A DNA stretch of 64,000 nucleotides. Origin: Anaeramoeba ignava BMAN (lineage: Eukaryota > Protista > Anaeramoebae). Every line of letters begins with the position of its first letter. Position 1 is the first letter of the stretch. Of the stretch, positions 13,688 through 23,228 are shown one piece after another. The DNA lies in NCBI GenBank assembly GCA_028826165.1, contig JAPDFW010000141.1:1-64000 (forward strand). Reading direction: 5' to 3'. A program made the position numbers and the translations under genes. The notes below the pieces were generated by a model. The model searched no databases and had not been told where the DNA came from. It was given only the letters and a program-made list of their open reading frames with translations.

Positions 13688-16600
13688 TTAAAATTTTCTT
13701 CTTGTTGTTGTTCTTGTTTTTGTTGTTCTTGTTGTTGTTTTCTTTCTTTCTTCTATTCTTTTTTCATCAAATAATTCTTGAAAAAATAATATTCTGGAAT
13801 TTGGATGAAGTTGATAATAATCATTAAAAAAATCAAAATCAAAATCTTGAGAATCTTTTTCAACTAAATCTCGATATTCTTTTTCATCCATTTGATCTGT
13901 ATAAAGAAATTTAATAAAGAAATTCATTGCTTCAAATGATTTTTCAGTAAAATCTTTAGTTCTATTAGAATCATCTTTTATCAAAATGAAAGTTTGTCGA
14001 AATAAATTACTTCTAGCTGCAAGAACTAATTTATGAGCTTTAATTTGTTTTCCTTCAACTTCAATTATAAAATCTTTTTGATTTTCATTTAAATTTTCAT
14101 TTAAATTTTCATTTGAATTTTCATTTTGGATTTTATTTTCTTTTTCATCATCATCATCATAATAATAAAGTTTCCCAATATCTTCTTTCAAATCTCTCAT
14201 TGCAATATTATTTATTCCACATTCCTTTAAAATATCTTTAGTTTTCTTGTTTTCTTCTTTTTCTTCTTTTTCTTTTTTTTCTTTTTTTCCCTTTAATTCT
14301 CCTTTATAAATCCAAGTTAAAACATTTTTAATCTCATTATCTGTATATTTCATTAAAATTTTTTCAATTTCTTCTGCTTTTTTTCCTGTTCTTGCTTCAA
14401 TAATCAATTTATGAACTCCAAAAGTTGAAATTTCAAAATCTACCAATTGTTTTTCGATAAACAAATTATGGAAATCGTCTTTAAATGAACTATGTGTACT
14501 GCTTAATATTTTCAATTCTTCATTCTTACTCTTTGTCCCATAATCAAGAAATTGTCCTTTATTAAAAATTTCATCAAAAATTTTAAATTTTTCATTCTTT
14601 GTTAAATTGTTATGACTTTCTATATCGCTCAAATTTTTTTCAATCTTTTTCAATTAATTTTATTTTAAAAATATAAATATATATATATAAATGTATATAA
14701 TTTAGAATTTGTTTTCTTATAAAATTCACTTACTAAATAAATTTAAATTAAAAATTAAAAATTCATTTTAAAATTAAAATTAAAATTAAAATTAAAATTA
14801 AAAATACCCATTGTTCCTCCATTTTTTAATATTAGTACAATCATCTCAAGTGTTACAGATTCATTTTGAAGAAGATAAGATAATGGTGTATACTATAAAA
14901 ATAATGAAAAATCATAATTTATTTATTTTTTTATCAATATCATTTCAAATTTATTCAATCAAAAGAAAAAAAAATAATTTACTTTCTAAAAAAAAAAGGA
15001 ATATTTGAATTATTATTATTAATTTTAATTTATCAAATCTTAATTTACATACTATAGTTGTTGTTGTTGTTGTTGTTTTAGAAAAAACAAAATTTATTTT
15101 TCAAATTTAATTCAATTTCTTTAAATTACATGCTAATTTTATTCAAAAATTAATTCTTTTTCCATTTTGTATTTTAAAAAAAAATATTTATGATTATTCA
15201 CAGCCTAAATTTTAAATCAAAACTTTTAATCCACATTTTTTCTTTCTTTTTTTTCTTTCTTAATTACAGTAAATTTTTTCAAATTAGCTCCATTAACTAT
15301 CATTAATTCAAGAGATTCAATTGTAATTGCTGGATTTTGACATAAATAATGAAGTGGAGTATACTTTTTTTTTATAAAAAAAATAAAAATAATTATTATT
15401 AATGATTTATATTTGAATTATTAAATTGTTTTACAAACTATTTATTTTATTTCAAATATAAAAATATATTATATTATATTAATTCAAAATCAATCTTATT
15501 TTTATTTTTTACATCCTAAAAAAAAATTTTAATTAATTTGAAATGAAAAGGAAAAAAAAAGATATACAGAAAATGCATTAATATTAGCATTGTTTTGAAG
15601 AAGAATAGCAATCATTTCGGGTTTTAAACTTTTGTTATAACATAGATAATGCAATGGTGTAATCTTATGTAAAAAAAAAAGATGATTTAATTTTTATATA
15701 ATTTTCTTTTTCAAAGAAATTTATTTTAAATTATTTTTTGAAGAAATACAACCTATTCAATAAAATATTAATAAAATAATAAATTCCACTTTTTCCTCTT
15801 TTGTTTTTAGAATATATTTACATACTATTTTATTAATTTAGTTAAAATCCCAAAAAAAATAATAAGAAGAATAATAGAATTTTTTTTTACATGAGAATCT
15901 TTCGCACGAATTCCATATTTAATTAATAATTTAAGCATTTCAATAGTTATTGATGGATTTCGACATAAATAATGAAGTACTGAACACTAATTTTTTTTTT
16001 TAATTATTATAAAAAATTTAATTTTGTTTTTTATTATATTTACTCCCTATTTTTTTTCTTATTTAAATACTTTTGAAGGAAATTACTATTAAAATTAAAA
16101 TTATACTTCCTAAAAAATTCATTTATTAAAAAAAAAACTATTTTTAAAATTTTTTTTCAAAACAAAATGATATAAATAATTTACAGCCTATATTATATTA
16201 TATTTTATTTAATATTTTTTTTTAAGAAAATAACTGATTTGAAATGATTTCCAAAAAAATTTATTTACAGTTCTTAATTTCAAATTAACTCTATATTTAA
16301 TTAGAGTTTCTATCATTTCTAATTTTAAAGCTGGGTTTTGGAAAAGAAGTGAACATGATGTATTCTAAAATTATTAAAAATTAATATTTGAATTATCTCT
16401 AATAACAAAATAATTTACTAAATCCTAAAAAAAAATAATTGATAGATAAATAATTATTTTTATTTTAATTTTTAATTTTTCTTACATTCTAAAATTGGTT
16501 TTTTTTTTCCAAAATTAATACTTTTATTTAAATAAAAAGAAAATTACAAGCTTTATTAAAGTTTAAATTTTTTAATTTTTGAAAATTTTTGAAAATTTTG

Positions 16601-18728
16601 AAAATTTTTAGAATTTTACAATCTAGAAAGGAAAAATGAAAAAGGAAAACAATTCATATTTATTATAATTAAATTTTCTCAAATTCAATCAATAAATACA
16701 TTTTGAATATCAAATTTATATTTTTTTTCTAACATCATAACGATAATATTGTTAGTAACCAAAGGATTTGAACAAATTAAATCAATTCCAGAAATCTAAT
16801 TTTAAATTCTCAGTTAATTTCCTTATTTTTTAAAAACTTTTTAAAAGAATTTTTTTTTATTATTATTGTTTACAGCCTAAATATGAAAAAAATTAAATTT
16901 CTTCAAAAGCAAAAAAATTGTTTTATTCTTCTTTTTCTTACTTTCTAAAAAAAAATGTAAAACTATTTATAAGAAAATTTTGGAATAAATTTTGTTTTAA
17001 ATTTTACAGTCTAATTAATTTATTAATATAATTATTTATTGAAATTTAATAATAATAATTATTATTATTACTCCCTAAAGATATAATATTAATATTTAAC
17101 AAAAAAAAAACAAAATGAATTTTTTTGTTTTACATATTTCGCATTAAAATCTAATCCTGAATCTAATAAAAGTTTAATAATATCTTCACTAATAGAATGA
17201 CTACATAATAAATGAAAAGGTGTAATCTAAAGGAAAAATTTTTGTTATTTTTATTATTAAAAAAAATTAAATGAAATAATTTTTGGTCTTTACATTCTAA
17301 AATTAAGAGAAAAAATTTGTTTATTTGGATTATTGTTATTTTATATTTAACAAAAATTACTCTCTTTTTATTTTTATAATTCCAAAAAAATTTTATTAAA
17401 AAAATTTCATATCAATTTAAAAATGGAATTACAAGCTTTTTATAAGAAAAAAACATTAAATTAATAAATAATTTTTTTTGGAATGATTATAAAAAGAAAT
17501 TTAATAAATTACTCCCTTTTATATTTATTAATTTTATTATTAATTTTATTATAAATTTTATTATTAATTTTATTATTAATTTTATTATTAATTTTATTAT
17601 TAATTTTATTATTAATTTTATTATTAATTTTATTATTAATTTTATTATAAATTTTATTATTAATTTTATTATAAATTTTATTATAAATTTTATTATTAAT
17701 TTTATTATAAATTTTATTATAAATTTTTACAAAAGGAATCATAAAATCAGCTTTATATTTTATTGCTAAATCTATTAATTGTAAAGTTAAATTTTTGTTT
17801 TGGCATAATTGGTAAAATGGAGTTGACTTATTTATAAACAAAAAAATGAAATGTAAATAAAAATGTTTTTTATAAACATTTTGTTAAAATTAAATTAAAA
17901 TTACTTTCTTTTAAAGAGAAATTAAAATTAATAATAACAAAATTTCTTTTAAATTTTACTCTCTAATTAAAAATTATTTTTATATCAAATTCTTTTCACT
18001 TTTCTTCTTTTCTTTTCTTTGGAAATTTTACTGGCTTTAAAATTTATAAAAATTTATTAAAATTAAAATTAAATTTTAAATTAAAATTATTTTAAAAATA
18101 ATTACAGTTTTATGATTAAAATTTGCCCCTTTTTCAAGAAGAAAATTTGTTAATTCAAATGTAATATTAGGATTTTTTGCTAAATAATATAAAGGTGACA
18201 TTTCCTAATTTAAAAATTTTTTTTGTAAATTTTTTCTTTGTGAATTTTTTGAATTGTAATTTTTTGATTTACATTCTAAATTTAAAATTTAAAATTTAAA
18301 AAAATTTTTTTTCTTAAATTTTTCTCTTTACATTTGGCACTTTTAAATTTTCAATTCTTTTAAAAACCAATTCAATCATTTCTTTATTAACAGATTCATT
18401 TTTACAAATAGAACATAAAGCAGATCTTAAATTCTATAAAAGTAATTTAAAAAATATAATAAAATTAATTAACAAAAAAAAAAACGAAAATTAAAAAATT
18501 AATTTTTTCACAATCTAAAAAAAATTTAATTTTGTTTTGAATTATTTTTTCCAATTTTAAATTTTGATATTTCTTTAATTTTTAATTTCAAACTGATTCA
18601 TATGAATTTTTTTGAATAGAAGAGATTATTTGCTCAATAATTTTTAAATCTGAAGAATTTTGAAGAGTTTTAAAATCATCAAGAGTTATATCTTTATCTT
18701 TAATAGGAAATTGAGGAAATTGAAGCAT
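13688..18728 (-). CDS. Ankyrin-repeat + BTB/POZ protein, ~41 exons including ~29 microexons
   Basis: Exon 1 is 18728-18594 (MLQFPQFP...). Ankyrin exons are 18433-18332, 18204-18106, 17826-17731, 17226-17134, 16795-16700, 16364-16269, 15986-15891, 15663-15568, 15363-15268 and 14892-14808, giving SPLYY/TPFYQ/TPFHL/SVLHY/TPLHY/TPLSY...LL.xGA.xN motifs. The last exon runs from about 14619 to 13688 and carries BTB (DFIIEVEGKQIKAHKLVLAARSNLF...FFIKFLYTD). All junctions are GT-AG. The junction into the last exon is the least certain. Confidence 0.88.
14730..18514 (-). other. Array of single-codon microexons (AG|NNN|GT)
   Basis: 18514-12 ATT; 18275-73 AAT; 18034-32 CCA, 17962-60 AGA, 17907-05 AAA; 17515-13 GGA, 17435-33 CTT, 17363-61 AGA, 17296-94 AAT; 17074-72 GGA, 17010-08 ACT, 16944-42 AAA, 16876-74 GCT; 16622-20 ATT, 16550-48 CTT, 16488-86 AAT, 16424-19 GATTTA; 16187-85 GCT, 16109-07 GAA, 16046-44 GGA; 15824-22 TAT, 15752-50 GTT; 15515-13 GAT, 15437-35 TTT; 15204-02 GCT, 15132-30 CAT, 15051-49 TAT, 14985-83 AAA; 14732-30 TAA (phase 1). 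Confidence 0.85.
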
Positions 18729-18833
18729 TATTATTATTATTATTAAGAAAAAAAAAATGAAAAATATTTTTTAAATTAAAATTTTAAATTAAATTACGTC
18801 ATTCAAAATGATTTAAACTGAATTTTTTTTAAT

Positions 18834-18862
18834 TTTTTCATTTTTTCATTTTTCTCATTTTT
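18834..18862 (+). promoter_or_regulatory. Tandem TTTCATTTT initiator-like core promoter motif (one example; present upstream of essentially every host gene)
   Basis: Three TCATTT copies lie 12-40 nt upstream of the tRNase Z ATG; the same strand-specific motif precedes the other host genes. Confidence 0.6.
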
Positions 18863-18873
18863 TTAATTTATAA

Positions 18874-19770
18874 ATGAATTCAAACAGAAAAAAATCACAA
18901 CTTTATGAAATTTTTTGGCAAACAAATTGGAAAATTCCTAACACAAATTTAACATTATTAGGACATTCAAAAGCAGCAGAAAAAACAGGATTTATAATTC
19001 CACAATTAGGAATATTTCTTGATGCAGGAATTCAAGGATATCACGAACCACATTACATTTTCATAACACATTGTCACAGCGATCATACATTTGGATTACC
19101 GATGCTTTTAACGGGAATTCAGTCCAATCCAAAAATTTATGTCCCTAATGGAACTGAAGATTTATACACAAATTTTATCAAAAGCACGTTTGAATTATCA
19201 ACAGGAGGAAAAGATATTGATTTATCGTTTTTCAAGATTTTGGGAGTTAGTCCAAAAGACAGTTTTGCATTTTCTGCAAAAACAAGAAAATTTGAAATAC
19301 AAGTTTTCCAGTGTGATCATACAGTGCCAACTGTTGGTTATGGATTTAGTGAAAAAACAACCAAGTTGAAGACTGAATATCATGGGTTGTCCGGCAAGAA
19401 AATCAAAGAAATGAGAGAGAATAAGGAGGATATTTTCATTGAAAAAATCAATAAGTTTCTTTGTTATCTTGGTGATACAACTCCTCTTGTTTTTGAACTT
19501 AATCCAGAAATCTTGCAATATTCAACAATCATAATTGAATGCACTTTTCTCAGTCAAGAAAACCAAAAAAATGCTGCTGAAAGAAAGCATATTTGTTGGA
19601 ATGATTTGCTTCCTTATGTTGCCAAGAATCCAAATGTTACCTTTGTTTTGATTCATTTTAGTTTTAGAAGTTCTGATGAAGAAATTCTTGAATTTTTTGA
19701 GAAGGAAAAAAAGGCGAATGATTTAAAAAATTTAATAGTTTGGTTAGATTATCAAACTGAGATTAAATAG
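18874..19770 (+). CDS. Short-form tRNase Z (metallo-beta-lactamase fold), intronless
   Basis: FLDAG, FITHCHSDH (HxHxDH), HTVPTVGY, KLKTEY.GL.G..I (TM-type arm), YLGDT, IIECTF, RKHI and LIHFSFR. Confidence 0.88.
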   Translation: MNSNRKKSQLYEIFWQTNWKIPNTNLTLLGHSKAAEKTGFIIPQLGIFLDAGIQGYHEPHYIFITHCHSDHTFGLPMLLTGIQSNPKIYVPNGTEDLYTNFIKSTFELSTGGKDIDLSFFKILGVSPKDSFAFSAKTRKFEIQVFQCDHTVPTVGYGFSEKTTKLKTEYHGLSGKKIKEMRENKEDIFIEKINKFLCYLGDTTPLVFELNPEILQYSTIIIECTFLSQENQKNAAERKHICWNDLLPYVAKNPNVTFVLIHFSFRSSDEEILEFFEKEKKANDLKNLIVWLDYQTEIK

Positions 19771-19882
19771 AACTAAAATTTAATTAAAAAAATAAAGGAA
19801 AAAGAAAAAATATTTTTTTTTTTCATTTTTTCATTTCATCAAAAAAAAAATTGTTTGTTTCTTTTTTGTTTTTTTTTTAAAA

Positions 19883-20812
19883 ATGGGATCATCAGAAAGT
19901 AAAGAAATGTTCATTCCACCAAGTAATCCTTCATCTAAAACTAAAAACAAATATCTTCAAGCAATAGAAAATCAAGCTGAAGCTTTAGCATTAATAGATT
20001 CAAAAGGAAATTATGAAGGGTTTAACAAATTATATATTGAGTTATTTGGGTTTGACAGCCTAGAAATAGCAACAATAACACTAAGAAATTTATTAACATT
20101 AAGCAAAGAAGAGCAACCTCAGAATCAAGAGGTTTCACTTCAAGCAATCAAGCTAAAAATTGGAAAAGCGTTATCAGAAGGCGAAAATCATTATCAATGG
20201 ATTTATCAAACAATGAGTGATAAAGATCTTGAGGTTTTTGTTTGGATCAATCCAATTCGTTTGAAGGATTCACTTTATTTGCAAGTTCTTATTCGTCCAA
20301 AAGGAACTGAATCAACCGTTTCAAATATTGATGAAAGTTTGATTGATGTCCAAGTCTCAGCAAGAGAAATTGGTGATTTCTGTTTGCAAGAAGCAGTTCG
20401 AATTACGAACTCAGAAATCGGTCACTTATCTTTTATTAATAAAAAACAAGATCTATTACAAACTTATGGATTTTCCAAAAATGTGATGGAACAATGTAAT
20501 ACTCTTAAAAAACAACTTGTTTTCAATTTGCCTAATACTGGATTGTGGGGTGAATCTGTTCGCCAAAGAAAACCTGTTATTACAAATGACTATTCTAAAC
20601 CTAATCCTTATAAAAAGGGTGTCCCTAATGGTCATGTTCCTATTTCAAGATATATGTGTGTTCCTGTTTTTCGAAATGAAGATAAAAAGAGAGTTGTTTT
20701 AACTGTTGGTGTTGCTAATAAAAAAGATCCTTATACAATGGAAGATGCTCAAAATATTGAGGATTTAATGTATAAAATGTGGCAAATTTTTCAGAAGAAA
20801 TACAATTTATAA
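19883..20812 (+). CDS. N-myristoylated PAS-like + GAF sensor protein, intronless
   Basis: MGSSES myristoylation motif; PAS-like ALIDSKGNYEGFNKLYIELFG; GAF GLWGESVRQRKPVITNDY...KKGVPNGHVPISRYMCVPVF...VGVANKKDPYTMED. Confidence 0.82.
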   Translation: MGSSESKEMFIPPSNPSSKTKNKYLQAIENQAEALALIDSKGNYEGFNKLYIELFGFDSLEIATITLRNLLTLSKEEQPQNQEVSLQAIKLKIGKALSEGENHYQWIYQTMSDKDLEVFVWINPIRLKDSLYLQVLIRPKGTESTVSNIDESLIDVQVSAREIGDFCLQEAVRITNSEIGHLSFINKKQDLLQTYGFSKNVMEQCNTLKKQLVFNLPNTGLWGESVRQRKPVITNDYSKPNPYKKGVPNGHVPISRYMCVPVFRNEDKKRVVLTVGVANKKDPYTMEDAQNIEDLMYKMWQIFQKKYNL

Positions 20813-20891
20813 TTTTTCTTTTTTTTTCTTTTTAAATTAAAAATCCAAAATAAAATTTTTTTTTCATTTTTTCATTTTTTCATTTTAAAAA

Positions 20892-22989
20892 ATGATTGAA
20901 AAACTTAATTTTAATGATGATACTTTATTTAATGAATTAATGAGAATTGTTGAATCTTTAAAAGTTTTTTCAAATTCAAATTCAAAATCAACACAAACTT
21001 CTTCAAAAAGGATACTTATTGGTAATATGATTGTAGATGTTTCTTCTCCATTTATTACTTTAGAAAAAAGCATTTCAGAACTTTTAAAGAAAATTCAACG
21101 TTTTTATTTTGAAATGAATGAAATGGTAGACAATATAATTTATTTATAATTTTATTTAGAAATTTATTTAGAAATTTATTTAGAAATTTATTTATAATTT
21201 AATTTCTAATTTAATTTATAATTTAATTTATAATTTATTTATAATTTATTTATAATTTATTTATAAATTTATTTAGAAATTTATTTATAATTTAATTAGA
21301 AATTTATTTATAATTTATTTAGAAATTTATTTATAATTTAATTTATAATTTAATTTATAATTTAATTTATAATTTATTTAGAAATTTATTTAGAATTTTA
21401 TTTAGAAATTTATTTATAATTTAATTTAGAAATTTATTTAGAAATTTATTTAGAGATTTATAATTTAATTTATAATTTTATTTATAATTTTATTTATAAT
21501 TTAATTTATAATTTAATTTAGAAATTTATTTAGAAATTTATTTATAATTTAATTAGAAATTTATTTAGAAATTTATTTATTATTTAATTTATAATTTATT
21601 TAGAAATTTATTTAGAAATTTATTTAGAAATTTATTTATAATTTAATTTAGATTTATAATTTAATTTATAATTTAATTTACAATTTTATTTATAATTTTA
21701 TTTATAATTTAATTTATAATATAATTTATAATTTATTTATAATTTTTAATTTTAATTTTATTTATAATTTTATTTACAATTTAATTAGAAATTTATTTAT
21801 AATTTAATTTATAATATAATTTATAATTTATTTATAATTTAATTTATAATATAATTTATAATTTAATTTAGAAATTTATTTAGAAATTTATTTATAATTT
21901 ATTTGAAATTTATTTATAATTTAGAAATTTATTTAGAAATTTATTTAGAAATTTATTTAGAAATTTATTTATAATTTATTTATAATTTATTTAGAAATTT
22001 ATTTAGAAATTTATTTAGAAATTTATTTAGAAATTTATTTAGAAATTTATTTATAATTTATTTACAATTTTATTTATAATTTATTTATAATTTATTTTAC
22101 AATTTATTTATAATTTAATTTATAATTTAATTTATAATTTAATTTATAATTTTATTTATAATTTAATTTATAATTTTATTTATAATATAATTTATAATTT
22201 TATTTATAATTTAATTTATAATATAATTTATAATTTTATTTAGAATTTTTATTTATAATTTAATTTATTTAGAAATTTATTTATAATTAATTTAGAATTT
22301 TATTTATAATTTAATTTAGAAATTTATTTATAATTTATTTAGAGATTTAATTAGAAATTTATTTATAATTTAATTTAAAAATTTATTTATAATTTAATTT
22401 ATAATTTAATTTATAATTTGATTTATAATTTAATTTATAATTTTATTTTTTTATAAAATTCAGCAAAAAAAATATTCATCAGATGGTATTGTTTCATTGA
22501 GTTCATTCAAAAAAATATCAGACTCAAAAATCATTGAAACATTAAAAGAATTTCATAAAATGTTAAAAGATAAAACTGAAAGCATTAAGAAAACCAAAAG
22601 CAGAAATGGATGTTATTGCTTCTGAAATTTTTGGAATGAAAAACACTGTAACACAAACTATGAATATGGTTAATGATGAATCTGAACAAATTTCATCAAA
22701 AAACAAATTATTTAAGAAGAAAAATGAAGAATTTCAACATTTTCAATCAATTTATAATGAAAAACTTAAAAAATTCATTCAAAAAAAACAAGAATTAAAT
22801 GAAAAAGATAATGATAACCAAAAAAAAGAATTTTGGCTTCAAAAAAAAGAAAAAGAATTATTGGAATTGGAAAAAAGTTTAGAAACAAAACAAATGGCTC
22901 AAAAAGCAACTGCTCAACGTTTAAAAGATTGGGAAAAACAATTAAGATCAAAAAATAAGCATTTAAAAAAACCAGAAAAGAAAAAATAA
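20892..22989 (+). CDS. Coiled-coil hypothetical protein, 2 exons (20892-21125, 22464-22989; one frameshift near 22597)
   Basis: Donor ATG|gtagac and acceptor ttcag|CAA flank a 1.3-kb AT microsatellite intron; the C-terminus is E/K/Q-rich and heptad-like. Confidence 0.7.
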
Positions 22990-23228
22990 CTTTAAATTTG
23001 AATTAATTAAAATCTATTATTTTTTTTTTAATGTATTGATGATTCCAAGAAAAATTTTTAAAAGTAAAAGAGCAAAAATTAAAATTAAAAAAGCAAAAAA
23101 AAAAAATAATAAAAAAATTTAAAAAAAATTAATTTCCATTTTTTTCATTCTTTCTCTTTTCTTTTAATTATTTCTGTTGTCTAATATAATTCTTATAATT
23201 CTTCTAATTCTTATTTTTATTATTCAAA

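Noticed and set aside
17509-17841. 110-aa ORF with KINN repeats as a stand-alone gene
   Set aside because: It is one ankyrin exon (17826-17731) read through into a repeat-expanded intron.
17998-18005. Additional AG|AAAA|GT 4-nt microexon
   Set aside because: It would shift the frame and require flanking introns of only 28 and 37 nt, far below the 52-nt minimum seen in this gene.
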